Source: Candidatus Ozemobacteraceae bacterium
GTDB lineage: Bacteria; Muiribacteriota; Ozemobacteria; Ozemobacterales; Ozemobacteraceae
Length of the DNA stretch: 64,000 nucleotides
Assembly (NCBI GenBank): GCA_965140445.1
Contig: OZ223236.1
Coordinates: forward strand, 3,714,498-3,778,497
Direction: 5' to 3'
Under the pieces are notes generated by a model. It was not told where the DNA came from, made no database searches, and saw nothing but the letters and a program-made list of their open reading frames with translations. The position numbers and the translations under genes are program-made. Every line of letters starts with the position of its first letter. Position 1 is the stretch's first letter. This document shows, piece by piece, positions 1 to 11,100 of the stretch.

Positions 1-1980
1 CTCAAAATTATGAAACTCCTGAGACAGACTCTCCATTTTTTCTGCTTCTAAATACTGTTTATTACTCCAAATTTCATAAGCCGCAGAGCATAACATAAGT
101 TCTTTTCTAGTTTGAATTCTAATTTTTTCAACATTTAACAATTCGGCTTCAGTAAGAACTTTGGTAGCTTCTTCAATAGAGCCTTCCTTGCTTGCAAATT
201 CAATGCGACTTTTTTCGGCAAGCTTTTCAATAGCTTCAAGGTCGTCTGAGAGTTTTTGAATTTGAATCTTAAATTTTGGATCAAAAATTTCCAATTGTAA
301 GCATGTTTCTGCCAACTGAAGAAGGGCTTTCTTCTCTTTTTCTGGATTATTGGGTTTTCGCTTTTTTTGATTTTCGTCGACCTCTCCCGCCTGAATTGCA
401 AGCAAAACATCGCTAAATGCCTGATCGAGAGAATTTTGAAAAAAATTATCCTTTGAGTTCTCAAGGTTTATTCTATTTTCTACATCCTGAAGCAACTTTA
501 ATGCTCCTGGAACGTGGGCCAGTGCAAATGACTTCAAAACTTCAAAAGCTTCATCTCTTAATGTGGGATTGGGATCTTCAAGTAGTATTTCTAGAAGCGA
601 AACAAAAGGGGCTTCCTTGCATTTAATGATAATATTTAAAGCAGCTCTTCTAAATGACTCTCGCCCCTGTACAATCATTCTTCTTGTTTGTATAAAGGCA
701 TCCACTTTATTGGCGCGGCTTAGAGCTATTATCGAATTTGCTACTACCATGCTGCTTTTATCTTCGAGCAAGTTCAACAATTTATCCACTGCAGAATTGA
801 CATCAATTTTGTCAATTGCTTCCACCGCATTAGCTCTGACTCTATCGTCTGGATGGCTTAACAAGTTAACCAGATACTCTTTTGCCTCCAGGATTTTATA
901 TTTGCCTGCAAAAGCTGTCATAAAGGCAAGCAAGAAAGGATCAGATTCCTTAAAAAATGCTTTTAAAAACATTCCTTCTTCGTCTTTCGAGAATTCCTTT
1001 CTAAGCTGACAAATAGCAATATACCTGCTTGACGGGTCCTCAGACTCTATCATTATTGCAAGTTCTTTAGGAGGTTTCTTCTCTAACTTTTGGGCAGCAA
1101 TTACATCAAGACTCTCAGAAGCTTTTAATCCAGCTCTTTCTATGTTTAGTAAAATTTCATCGGCAACGGGATTCCCCTCGCCTTTTTGCTGCTTAAGAGC
1201 TTCCAATGCTTTCTTTCTGACGGACTCTTCAGCATCCTTTAACGCGATCTCACCCAAAGCAACGAGAGCTTGTGGAGATTTTAGTTTTTTATATGCATAA
1301 ATTGCAGATTCCCGGAACCAAACTCTGGTGTCAGAGGCCATAGAATTCAATAAAGAATATACAGCCGGACCTCCAAAGCTTTTTAAAGCCATAATCACAT
1401 TTGTTTTTACGCGATTATCGGGATCACTTATGCAGGGAATAATAAAGCGGTATGCATCTTCTGTTCCTATGTTTGTTAAGCTTTCAATAGTATTTGCTCT
1501 AATTCTCGAATCCTTGTGTGACAAATACTGGCTTAAATAATGAATGTCTTCAGGTAATTGATAAATTCCTAATGCAAGAATAAAACGCGCTTTAAGCTGA
1601 ACCAACCCTTCTTTGGCTAATGCTTTATGAATCAAGCTGTGGTATTTGCTCTGGCCCTCTTTGCCTGCTTTAAAAATTTTCTGCAATCCTGCAAAGCGTG
1701 CATATGGGTCCTCAGAAGAGAGAAGACAATCTACTTCCTGGGTTTGATAACAACTTATCTTCTCCCCTTCAAACTTTTCGGCTTCTAATTGATCCAATGC
1801 TTTTCGAGCCTGGTATCTAATTTCTTCATTTGGGTCAGAGCCAGCAAGTCGGGAAAGTTGCTCAAAAAAATCGCCATTTCTTTTTTCTACTATGATTTCT
1901 ATAGCTTGCTTTCTGGCGGAATCCTCTTCTGAGTTCAACAATTCCGAGATACTATTTTTAATATTTGTATTCTGATCCAT
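1..1980 (-). CDS. HEAT-repeat (PBS-lyase-like) protein; partial, C-terminus lies beyond position 1.
   Basis: Translated the reverse complement by hand. Apparent start is ATGGATCAGAAT (rc of 1969-1980), giving MDQNTNIKNSISELL... The frame stayed open to position 1 in that reading. It shows repeated ~30-aa units such as DxxVRxxAxxALxxIG and NRVKTNVIMALKSFG, which is the HEAT repeat pattern. The ORF track omitted it because it runs off the window edge. The plus-strand ORFs 417-626, 563-1009 and 1328-1540 are antisense within it. Confidence 0.55.
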   Translation of the reverse strand, partial: MDQNTNIKNSISELLNSEEDSARKQAIEIIVEKRNGDFFEQLSRLAGSDPNEEIRYQARKALDQLEAEKFEGEKISCYQTQEVDCLLSSEDPYARFAGLQKIFKAGKEGQSKYHSLIHKALAKEGLVQLKARFILALGIYQLPEDIHYLSQYLSHKDSRIRANTIESLTNIGTEDAYRFIIPCISDPDNRVKTNVIMALKSFGGPAVYSLLNSMASDTRVWFRESAIYAYKKLKSPQALVALGEIALKDAEESVRKKALEALKQQKGEGNPVADEILLNIERAGLKASESLDVIAAQKLEKKPPKELAIMIESEDPSSRYIAICQLRKEFSKDEEGMFLKAFFKESDPFLLAFMTAFAGKYKILEAKEYLVNLLSHPDDRVRANAVEAIDKIDVNSAVDKLLNLLEDKSSMVVANSIIALSRANKVDAFIQTRRMIVQGRESFRRAALNIIIKCKEAPFVSLLEILLEDPNPTLRDEAFEVLKSFALAHVPGALKLLQDVENRINLENSKDNFFQNSLDQAFSDVLLAIQAGEVDENQKKRKPNNPEKEKKALLQLAETCLQLEIFDPKFKIQIQKLSDDLEAIEKLAEKSRIEFASKEGSIEEATKVLTEAELLNVEKIRIQTRKELMLCSAAYEIWSNKQYLEAEKMESLSQEFHNFE

Positions 1981-2049
1981 TTTATTAATATAACTTGAAT
2001 TTAAATATAATAAAAACGCGCTGAAAACTCAGGTTTTCAGCGCGTTTTA

Positions 2050-4101
2050 TTACCAGGCAAAAAGAGCACTATCTCCCGGCTTTAAAGTATAAGCCATATG
2101 TCCTGATTCGATTTTCCAATTGGAATCCCCGGAAAACTGCACGAGATTTTCGAGAAACGATGTTTCAGAAGGTAAACACCAATCCAGCTTAATGCTACCT
2201 GACTTTTCATTATTCAAATCTCGATTAAATAACACAAGAATGTGTTGATCGCCAGACTTTCGAAGAAAACAAATTACATCCTGAAAACCGGTCTCAAGTA
2301 GACCAAATGATTCAGTGCTTTTGTCCATGGCTGCAGCAGAAAAGTTTTTTCTTACTTCAAGAACTTTTTTCATGAAATCCAGCATTTCATGCTCGCCGTC
2401 CCATTTATAACCACAAAGATCAAACAGAGCTAATTTGCTGCCTTTGATTCTTTCCAAATCATCGTTAGAAAAATCTAATCCAGTATTAACCGGTACAACT
2501 TCACCGAGTTCCTGCCCTGAATGGATAAAAGGAATAGCTCTAGGCAACATAGTATTGACGAGGAATGCATATTTGGCATACTGCAAGCCCCCTTCCCTGC
2601 CAGCTGCTCTAGGAGTATTGTGGTTTTCAACTGCGCCAAAGAATGATAATGGCACTCCCTGGTTTCCAATATGATTTAGCAAATCATACATACCGTCCCT
2701 GCGATATTCTACCCACCAGGCATATCCAACTACCGCGTTATATCCAGCTTCAACGCTGTCATCTTTAATTTCAAAATTTTCTGACAGGAATGCAAAATCA
2801 GGGTCTTTTTCTCTTGCTGCATTTATAATTTCCTGCATCAACGAGACGGGAACCGCATGCCCCATATCAACCATGACCCCATCAATACCGAAAGTATCCT
2901 GATAGTAAGGAACAAGTTCTCTCAAATGTTTCCATAAACTTTTATTGGCAAGTTCAGGTCTGGCAAGCTTTTTATCATACATTCTAATAGTGTTATAAGC
3001 GATATAATTGAATTCAGGCGCGTCATGATTCTCATCATTATACATTCTCAAATAAGTAACATCGCCCCATGGTGGTTGGTTATCATCTGGTGGCCAGTCT
3101 GCAAAAGCCCCTGGAATTCTAACAGTATTTCTCAAACCTGTTTTTGGGTCTTCTGAAGAAGCCCGAATCTCACCATTTTCTTTCATTTGAATGCTTTCAG
3201 GAGCAGGAATTGCTTTAAAAAAGTTCCTATAATTTTCAGGGGGGGCAGGAAGATCGTTAAAGTCGGATGACTCAACTTTTCGATTAATTATATCCAGAAC
3301 TTCTCTGGAAAAAATTGGATTTCCATAATTCTGAGCTGCAACGTCCAGATTTTTCTCTGACGGATCTCTGTCTGCAACTTTTTCATCAATCCAATAAAAC
3401 CACTCAGGATGCTCTTTAATCCAGTCAGAATCTTTGCTTGCCGTCCTAAAAACAAATTCGGTGATTACACGAATTCCAACCAGGTGGCAGGCTTGAATAA
3501 ATGCTTTAAATTGCTCTTCCACATCCATATTTACAAGTGGGTCGGCTTGTGTAGCCTCAAGTCTATAAGGATTTTGAATTGCATATGGAGAACCAAGTTC
3601 GCCTTTATTTCCATCTTTTCCGATTGCTGTAACAGGTAAAAGATGTATCACACTTGCACCCAATCTTTTAATATATCCAAGCAGTGCGATAGATTTAAGA
3701 AAAGTTCCTGATTCCCGACAACCTTCAAGATTAAGGGTGAGATCTTTCTTGTTACCGCCAATTTGACCATCAGCATCATGATCATAAGCAGAAGTCAATC
3801 TTACAAAAACGTTAAAAATGGTTTCTTTTTCTATCCAGTTTCCACCATTTCCATCAGGCAATTGCCCATTTAAGGACTTTATCGGGTCAACATCTGACAA
3901 GGCGTTTTTTTCTATTCCATCAATATGATTTAGAAAAAATTCCGCTGGGTTAACCTTAATCGGTGTACCGTCATTAGAGCCTTCTGTTCCAATTGGAGTC
4001 CATAGAGAAGGAACATTATAAACATACGGAACCTTCTTGTTCTTAAGTTCTTCGAGCTGATTTTTTAATGTGGCAAGGGGGGTATTAGGGGAGATTGGCA
4101 T
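2050..4101 (-). CDS. GH13 alpha-amylase-family glycoside hydrolase (amylase / maltosyltransferase-like).
   Basis: 683 aa. GH13-type regions: FVRLTSAYDHD, GIDGVMVDMGHAVP (catalytic region II-like) and FLSENFE. Length and motif layout fit a GH13 TIM-barrel enzyme; the specific activity is not resolvable by eye. Confidence 0.65.
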   Translation of the reverse strand: MPISPNTPLATLKNQLEELKNKKVPYVYNVPSLWTPIGTEGSNDGTPIKVNPAEFFLNHIDGIEKNALSDVDPIKSLNGQLPDGNGGNWIEKETIFNVFVRLTSAYDHDADGQIGGNKKDLTLNLEGCRESGTFLKSIALLGYIKRLGASVIHLLPVTAIGKDGNKGELGSPYAIQNPYRLEATQADPLVNMDVEEQFKAFIQACHLVGIRVITEFVFRTASKDSDWIKEHPEWFYWIDEKVADRDPSEKNLDVAAQNYGNPIFSREVLDIINRKVESSDFNDLPAPPENYRNFFKAIPAPESIQMKENGEIRASSEDPKTGLRNTVRIPGAFADWPPDDNQPPWGDVTYLRMYNDENHDAPEFNYIAYNTIRMYDKKLARPELANKSLWKHLRELVPYYQDTFGIDGVMVDMGHAVPVSLMQEIINAAREKDPDFAFLSENFEIKDDSVEAGYNAVVGYAWWVEYRRDGMYDLLNHIGNQGVPLSFFGAVENHNTPRAAGREGGLQYAKYAFLVNTMLPRAIPFIHSGQELGEVVPVNTGLDFSNDDLERIKGSKLALFDLCGYKWDGEHEMLDFMKKVLEVRKNFSAAAMDKSTESFGLLETGFQDVICFLRKSGDQHILVLFNRDLNNEKSGSIKLDWCLPSETSFLENLVQFSGDSNWKIESGHMAYTLKPGDSALFAW

Positions 4102-4392
4102 TTAATTCCTCCGGTGGATTTCTGGGGCAAAAGAACAAAATATAATGCGAAAATTTTATCATAAAGAAAAGCATTTAACCAGTTGCCCAAGAATTTCCTG
4201 GACTAAAATAACAAATTTTGCGTTAAAAACTTCTGAATGAGTTACCAATAATTAAGAAAAAATAACTTGTTTATGCCTATTTTAAAGAAGTTTGGATGAC
4301 ATTTTAGTATTACTTTACAAATCGATACTTTTTGATTAATATCTTACTGTCGATTAAGACATTAAAATGAATCAATTCGAAGGAGTTTTACC

Positions 4393-4563
4393 ATGGCTAT
4401 CAAAGTAGATACTGAAAAATGTGTTGGATGCGGAGCTTGCACAGGAACTTGTCCCGTAGAAGTACTTGAAATGGTTGATGGAAAAGTAGCTTACAAAGGC
4501 GACGGTTGTATTGAGTGCGGCGCATGCGTTTCTTCATGCCCAGTAGAAGCTCTTAGCCTGTAA
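4393..4563 (+). CDS. Small 2x[4Fe-4S] ferredoxin, 56 aa; absent from the ORF track.
   Basis: MAIKVDTEKCVGCGACTGTCPVEVLEMVDGKVAYKGDGCIECGACVSSCPVEALSL. Two CxxCxxCxxxCP motifs. RBS AGGAG at 4381-4385, 7 nt before the ATG. Followed by a terminator. Confidence 0.75.
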   Translation: MAIKVDTEKCVGCGACTGTCPVEVLEMVDGKVAYKGDGCIECGACVSSCPVEALSL

Positions 4564-4622
4564 AACAAGCTTATTTCGAAAAGTTTTTCGAACCTTCTGG
4601 TTTGTAGACAATTCGGATCCAT

Positions 4623-4657
4623 AAAAAAAAGAACCGTAAAAACGGTTCTTTTTTTTA
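4623..4657. terminator. Bidirectional rho-independent terminator between the ferredoxin (+) and the coiled-coil gene (-).
   Basis: aagaaccgt-aaaa-acggttctt hairpin, flanked by an A8 run upstream and a T7 run downstream. Confidence 0.6.
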
Positions 4658-4674
4658 TGGATTTTTTTATTTGC

Positions 4675-5820
4675 CTAAAGGCTATCGATAAGCTTTTCCA
4701 ACTTCTTTACTCTTTCATTATCTTCAGGGTCTTTAACTTCGTTGGTCTTCTTTTCTTCAGGGAAATCTGGATTTTCAACAGCTGGTAGCGGTTCGTTTTC
4801 AGCAGAATCGTCCACTACAGTACCCGCTGGTGGCTGACCATAATCGTTTTCTGGCGGTTGCATAGGAGAAACCTTTACCTCTGGAGGAGCGAGCTTTGAA
4901 TCAGCATTATTTGAGTCACTATCCTTGTAACTTCTAATTGGGCTCATTTCGTTGGCTTGTTTTACTTCCAGAACTTCTTTTTCAAGAGTCTCGACAGCAT
5001 CTTCTGCTTCATTCAGGTTCTCAACAGCTTCTTTTAATTCTTCTTTTTTCGCTTCAATATCGTCGTCCAGCCTTCTTCGTCGTCTTTGATACAAATCATC
5101 CTTTAGGGTATGCCACATTCGATTTGCTTTATCTCTCTCATCCTGAAGTTCCTGCAACTCTTTTTCAATCTGCGGAACTCGGTTTTTCAGGCTGTCTTTA
5201 TTCTTGTACATCTCACTAAGCTTTTCGGCGTTGGCCTGGTTTTGAGCTTCGGTGGCCCCAAACTTCTCAACCTTTTCCATTTCACTCCAGGCCTTTAAGC
5301 GCTCTTCTCTTAGCTGTGAAGCATATTCGGATTGCACACTTGATTGAACTTCAGCGGTTGCTTTAATTCTTTCCATCAGCATGGAAGTTTTTTCTTTAAC
5401 CTTATCATCCTCAACCAGATCATAGACCTGCTGATAGTATTTCAGCGCATTTTCTGAATCGGAAAAACACACCGCAGCAATAAAACCAAGGGTTTCAAGT
5501 AATTCTACATTTTTTGGATCCTGAGCAAGCTTATTTTCTCTGTCTTTCTGAAGCGCGGCAATCAGCCCCTCATCGTCAAAAGCTAATATTGATCGCGATT
5601 TTCTGATTGCCTTGGCATAAATTTCAATTGCATCCGCAACCTTTCCCTGCTTTTTAAGCGCAACAGCATCCTCAAAAAGAATTTCCGCCTCTTCTTTTAA
5701 AGACTCCGGGTTTGCTTCAGCTTCCTGGGCATAAACAGCTTTGTTAAGTTCAAGATCAATGCAAGCTGGACCTAAACCACATAAAATTCCAACTAAAAAT
5801 CCGGCCGCCAATTTTCGCAT
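4675..5820 (-). CDS. Secreted/periplasmic coiled-coil protein with TPR-like N-terminal segment and acidic C-terminal tail; hypothetical.
   Basis: Start reassigned to the ATG at 5820, which gives MRKLAAGFLVGILCGLGPAC... as a signal peptide and has an AGAGG RBS 6 nt upstream; the track start at 5859 adds 13 residues. Long heptad-rich E/K/Q/L stretches. C-terminus is rich in D/E/P/N. Confidence 0.5.
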   Translation of the reverse strand: MRKLAAGFLVGILCGLGPACIDLELNKAVYAQEAEANPESLKEEAEILFEDAVALKKQGKVADAIEIYAKAIRKSRSILAFDDEGLIAALQKDRENKLAQDPKNVELLETLGFIAAVCFSDSENALKYYQQVYDLVEDDKVKEKTSMLMERIKATAEVQSSVQSEYASQLREERLKAWSEMEKVEKFGATEAQNQANAEKLSEMYKNKDSLKNRVPQIEKELQELQDERDKANRMWHTLKDDLYQRRRRRLDDDIEAKKEELKEAVENLNEAEDAVETLEKEVLEVKQANEMSPIRSYKDSDSNNADSKLAPPEVKVSPMQPPENDYGQPPAGTVVDDSAENEPLPAVENPDFPEEKKTNEVKDPEDNERVKKLEKLIDSL

Positions 5821-6028
5821 GAGAAACCTCTCAGAAATTAATAATTGTAATGTTACCACACCGAGAATTTGAGTAACAAGACTACTTTACAATAAAAGAA
5901 TTTTCCCAGGCCAGATTTCCGCAAATTTGGTTGACTTAAATTGACTCAAAGTGCTATTAGAATAGTTACTCAGCCCATAGGAAAGGAATTTTGGGCAAAT
6001 TTTTAGAAAAGACTACAGGAGACACAAA

Positions 6029-7111
6029 ATGACGAAGAGAGTTTTCAATTTTTCTGCCGGCCCAGCCGTTCTTCCAGAAAAAGTTTTGCAAAAAGCTGCG
6101 GATGAAATGCTTAATTACAAAGATAGCGGCATGGGAGTAATGGAACTCAGCCATCGCTCTGCAATTTATCAAGAAATTATTGATTCAGCTGAAGCTGGCC
6201 TTCGTAAGCTAATGAATATTCCTGCTAATTATAAGGTTCTATTTCTTCAGGGCGGAGCATCAACACAGTTTTTGATGATCCCAATGAACCTCGCAAAAAG
6301 CAAGAAAGCAGACTACATTAATACTGGTAGCTGGTCAAAGAAAGCAATCAAAGAAGCAAAAAAATATGGTGTTGATGTAAACGTTGTTGCATCCTCAGAA
6401 GAATCAGTTTTCAATCATATTCCAGAAATAGATGCATCCAAAATTCGTAAGGATGCTGACTACCTGCATGTTACTTCTAATAACACAATTTATGGAACCA
6501 AGTTGATGGACCTTCCAAAAACTGACCTTCCAATAGTTGCTGATATGTCTTCCAACATTATGAGCGAAAAAATCAACGTTGAAGACTACGGTTTGATCTA
6601 TGCAGGCGCGCAAAAGAATATTGGTCCAGCTGGTGTAACTATTGTTATCGTCCGCGAAGATCTACTAGGGCTTGTAGAAAATCTTCCAACCATGCTTGAT
6701 TACCAAACCCATGTAAAAGATGGTTCAATGTTTAATACTCCTCCAACCTATGGCATTTATATTGCCCGACTGGTTTTTGATCACATGATTGAAATGGGCG
6801 GAGTTGAATATTATGAAAAGCTTAACCAGAAAAAAGCTGCCATGATTTATGAAGCAATTGATAATTCAAAGCTCTTTAGAACACACGTTGCAAGTCCAAA
6901 AGATAGATCACTTATGAACATTCCTTTCTTCACTGACAGTGAAGACTTAAACAAAAAATTCCTGAAAGAAGCCGAGGCTCTTGGAATGGTTACTATGAAA
7001 GGTCACAGAAGTGTTGGCGGCATGAGAGCATCTGTATACAATGCGATGCCAATCGAAGGCTGTGAAAAACTTGTAGAGTTCATCAAGAAATTCGACCAGG
7101 AAAATTCTTAA
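6029..7111 (+). CDS. serC: Phosphoserine aminotransferase.
   Basis: 360 aa. [20 protein letters not shown]... matches the SerC N-terminus (FNFSAGPA). Class V aminotransferase length. Followed by serA. Confidence 0.9.
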   Translation: MTKRVFNFSAGPAVLPEKVLQKAADEMLNYKDSGMGVMELSHRSAIYQEIIDSAEAGLRKLMNIPANYKVLFLQGGASTQFLMIPMNLAKSKKADYINTGSWSKKAIKEAKKYGVDVNVVASSEESVFNHIPEIDASKIRKDADYLHVTSNNTIYGTKLMDLPKTDLPIVADMSSNIMSEKINVEDYGLIYAGAQKNIGPAGVTIVIVREDLLGLVENLPTMLDYQTHVKDGSMFNTPPTYGIYIARLVFDHMIEMGGVEYYEKLNQKKAAMIYEAIDNSKLFRTHVASPKDRSLMNIPFFTDSEDLNKKFLKEAEALGMVTMKGHRSVGGMRASVYNAMPIEGCEKLVEFIKKFDQENS

Positions 7112-7123
7112 TTTTCAAAATTT

Positions 7124-7152
7124 GAAGACCTGCGAAAGCAGGTCTTCTTTTG
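7124..7152 (+). terminator. Hairpin and T-run after serC (possible attenuating terminator).
   Basis: gaagacctgc-gaaa-gcaggtcttc followed by ttttg. Confidence 0.45.
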
Positions 7153-7180
7153 TAAAAAAGCATTTTTAAAGGAAGGGAAT

Positions 7181-8107
7181 ATGACAAAAATTATTTTAGT
7201 TGCAACAGAAAAACCTTTTGCTCCAGAGGCAATAGATCAAATGAAGAAAGCGGTTGCCGCTACTTCTGGGTATGAATTAAAACTTCTCGAAAAATACACT
7301 GACAAAAGCCAGCTAATTGAAGCTGCTAAAGAAGCTGACGCAATGATTATCCGCAGCGACAAAGCTACCAGAGAAGTAATTGAAGCCGGCAAAAGGCTTA
7401 AAGTAATTGTTAGAGCCGGAGCTGGTTTTGACAATATTGATTTGCAAGCATGCACAGACAATGACGTAGTAGCAATGAACACGCCAGGCCAAAACTCTAA
7501 TGCAGTTGCTGAATTAGCAATTGGCATGATGATTTTTATTGCAAGATGCAAATTTTCCGGTAAATCTGGAACAGAACTTAAAGGCAAAAGAATAGGAATT
7601 CATGCTTACGGAAACGTAGGCCGTGGAGTAGCAACAATTGCCAAAGGCTTTGGAATGGAAGTTGGAGCTTTCGATCCGTTTGTTCCTGCTGAAAAAATGG
7701 AAGAAGAAGGCATCAAAGTTTACACTAAAGTAGAAGACATGTATGCAGATTGTCACTACGTTTCTCTTCATATTCCAGCAAATGATAAAACAAAAAAATC
7801 AATTAATTTTGATCTTTTAAACCTTATGCCAAAAGACGGAACTCTTGTTAATACAGCTAGAAAAGAAGTTATTTGTGAAGAAGGTTTAAAAAAGGTTCTG
7901 GCTGAGCGCCCTGACTTTAAATACGTTTCTGATGTTGCCCCAGATAATAAAGCTGAACTGGAAGCTGAATTTGGTGACAGACTCTTCTTCACCCCAAAGA
8001 AAATGGGTGCCCAATCAGCAGAAGCTAATATTAACGCTGGCGTAGCTGGTGTTGATCAAATAGTAGGCTTCTTTGAAAATGGTGATGTTAGATTTAAAGT
8101 TAACTAA
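7181..8107 (+). CDS. serA: D-3-phosphoglycerate dehydrogenase, short form without ACT domain (D-isomer-specific 2-hydroxyacid dehydrogenase family).
   Basis: 308 aa. NAD-binding motif GIHAYGNVGRGVA. Sits immediately downstream of serC. Confidence 0.75.
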   Translation: MTKIILVATEKPFAPEAIDQMKKAVAATSGYELKLLEKYTDKSQLIEAAKEADAMIIRSDKATREVIEAGKRLKVIVRAGAGFDNIDLQACTDNDVVAMNTPGQNSNAVAELAIGMMIFIARCKFSGKSGTELKGKRIGIHAYGNVGRGVATIAKGFGMEVGAFDPFVPAEKMEEEGIKVYTKVEDMYADCHYVSLHIPANDKTKKSINFDLLNLMPKDGTLVNTARKEVICEEGLKKVLAERPDFKYVSDVAPDNKAELEAEFGDRLFFTPKKMGAQSAEANINAGVAGVDQIVGFFENGDVRFKVN

Positions 8108-8125
8108 GAATTAGTTAAGTTAAAA

Positions 8126-8161
8126 CAAAAAAATGCCACTAATTTAGTGGCATTTTTTTTT
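8126..8161 (+). terminator. Rho-independent terminator after serA.
   Basis: atgccact-aattt-agtggcat followed by T9. Confidence 0.6.
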
Positions 8162-8180
8162 ATGCAGTTTTTTGTTATTT

Positions 8181-11100
8181 ATGCTAAAATCCAATTTCTC
8201 AAAAAAAAAAATGTCAAAAATTGTGAAAAATTTATTTATATTAACTTTATCATTATTACTATTTTTCCCAAGTTTCCTTTGGGGAGCCATTTTACCCTAC
8301 CCCGAAGTTGTGAATAGTCAAAAGTATGATCAGGAAGAACTTTACCGCCTGTACAAGTTTTATAAAATTCGCCCCGCTACCGTAGACCTATGCCAAAGAA
8401 TTGCTGATAAACTTGAAGGAATGGATGCTATTGAGCTGGCAATAGAATGGCATAAGCATACCCTTGAGCTACCCTTAAAACCAGAAATTCGTTCTAAAAT
8501 AAATAAAAAAATAGAAGAGCTTTCAAATTACTCTCCGGAGATGAAGCAAAATTTACCACTTACTGAAAAAGACAAACTGATTGCCAGCGCGACCATTCTA
8601 GAAGATTCTAATTCTCCCGACCAATCGGCTATAAATTACCTTCAAGCTTATGAATTAAGCAAAGAGCCGCAGTTACTTGTTGCTGCAATAGAGCGTTTTT
8701 CGTGGGCCTCTAAACCTTCATCAGCCCTAAAAGCCTATGAGAAGCTACTTAGAACCAAGGGCTATAAGACTACAACAACCGATCTGCAGAAAATGGGCGA
8801 ACTAGCAGAATGGGCAACCAATTATCCAAAAGCTCTTTATTATTACAAGCGCGTTTTTAAACGTTCACCATCTCTAGCAAACGGAGAAAAAGTTGTCCAG
8901 GCCCATCTGGCTTTAAATGAAAATGCTGAAGCAGCATCATTAATGGAAAAGTTAATTCTTAAATACCCTCGTTCAAAAGGCTTAAGGGCACAGTTGGTTG
9001 ATATTTATTCATGGCAAGGCAAAACAGATAAAGCAACCGCACTTTTAGAACAGTTGCCTAGCAGATACTTGACCTTAGAAAGGCTTTTTATGCGAGCCAG
9101 TGAGTATTTAAAAACCTCACAAAATGAAAAATGCCTTAAAGACTGCGACAGTATAATTCTAAAAAAAAGAAGAAAAACGGCTCCAGAGAATGCAATAAAA
9201 GCAGCAATCATTGCAATTAGTTCGATTCAACAAACTAAGACCTCAACAAATGCTTCAAAATATAAGGACGTCATCGTCAGAAACTTTAAATATCTAAGAA
9301 AAACAGGTTCGCTTGAACCTTTTGAGCTGGTGACTGTATTTCGAGTTTTAGCAGAAAACGCCGAGGCCAAAAATGACCTGAACCAGGCTGCTTCTTATAG
9401 AGAGAAGCTGCTTTTTGTTGAAGATTCCGACCAGGAAAGCCTGCTAAAACTGGCTGAAATTTACACAAAACAAAATAACCTGTCTTCTGCCATTAAAGCT
9501 TATGAAAAATTGCTCAAGATAACCCCTGAAGATCCATACTTAAAGAATGATCTTTCTCAACTTTATATAAAAACAGGACAGGCGTGGAAATCGGTACAGA
9601 TTCTTGAAGGCGCTTACCAAGCAGGGGAATCTCCAGAACTTCATAGGCAAGAACTTCTAAACGCTTATAAAGCCAACAATAACAAAAGAAAAATAGCCAG
9701 CTTTTTGCAAGAAAACCAACAAGACTTTCAAGTTGAAAGAAGAGAACTAATCAATGCTTACCTTGAAGCTGGAGAAAACTGGGAAGCAGCCCAATTAATA
9801 TTAAAGGAATTGGAGCAAAACCCATTTGACGATGACCTTGCAAAAACACTAAAGGAACTTTCGCCTTATTATCCCCAACAATATAAAACCTTTAAGAAGC
9901 ATGAACAGCAGTGGATTGAAAAGAGCTATAACAAACAGATTGCATCAATAACCCTGGCCTTAGAAAAGAACCCGGTAAACGTATCGCTTTTAAAGGAAAG
10001 AGCAGCAGTTTACACATATCTGAATAAGCCCGATCGGGCCATGCAGGACTACAAACTGGTCTTTAAGATAAGCAAAGGTGAAGTGGATAGCCTGAAAAAA
10101 GCTATTGAGACTGGCGAGTGGGCAGGAAAATCTCCGGAAGTTAAAGAACTAAGAAAGTCATTGAATAGGATTGAACCTGAAAACGCCTCTAATACTCAAG
10201 CTCTGGCACAACTTTACGCATCCGATCAAGATTTTTCCAAAAGCTATGAATTGTTTAAATCATTAGAAAACAATTCTTCACTCGATCCCGTAATTCTTAA
10301 CACATCAGCATTTCAGTCCTACGAGTGGTCTGGGCGGTCCCATAGCACGAAAAAATTGATTGATGAACTCAGGAATAAGATACAAAACCATAAAGACAAT
10401 TTTGCAAAAAAATCCTATAAAAGTCAGAAAAATCATTTAAGAGCCAATATCGGCCCAGTTTTCAGAACCTCATTTAATTTTTTCCATGATACGAGCGATC
10501 TTTATGACTCAAGATTTAACATCTTTTCAAGATTTAACGTGCAGCAAAATAGCTTAATGGAGTTTGAAATGAGAGACCATTCCTTCACATGGGATGGAAC
10601 AACACAAAGAAGTTTTAAAGGTTCAAGTTTTAGTCTCAGGAAAAAACACACTAATTTGAAAAGAGATCTGACTTATGGCCTGAATCTGTTAAGAGACAGA
10701 ATAGACAACGATACGGCAATTTATCTGCCCGAGGTTTCCTACAGATTTAAAGGGCATAAAAAATGGACAGAATTAGGATTCAGCGAAAATGTAATTTTTG
10801 ACACCCCCGAATCCATGCGGCAAAACATTAAATACCGAAAACTAAGTGTAACTCACCAGAGAGAAATCAATAAATACAATGATCTCAGATTATATTACGA
10901 AGTGGGTAGAAACAGTGAAAAAATAGACAAACATCTATATAGTCTCACCTGGGATCATGTGTTAGGCAACGACCCATTCAGATCAATTCAATACTCTTAC
11001 ACAGTTGAAGATTCAGATCTGGAATTTGATGATAGATTTTATTATGAAGATTATCTTCAAACTCATCAAATTGGATGGTATGGAGAACAGAAAGTTAAAA

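Noticed and set aside
417-1540. Plus-strand ORFs 417-626, 563-1009 and 1328-1540.
   Set aside because: They lie antisense within the long HEAT-repeat reading frame on the minus strand. They have low-complexity, S/L-rich sequence typical of reverse-frame artefacts.
5925-5975. Duplicated TTGACT boxes upstream of serC as a sigma70 promoter.
   Set aside because: No acceptable -10 at 16-18 bp spacing from either box (best is CTATTA at 17 bp, or TAGAAT at 11 bp), so it is left uncalled.
8164-8211. Dedicated promoter for the pel operon (extended -10 TGcTAAAAT at 8182-8190).
   Set aside because: There is only ~50 nt between the serA terminator and the pelB-like start. The extended -10 partly overlaps candidate start codons and has no -35. 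Read-through from serA or a promoter within the terminator region cannot be distinguished without transcript data.
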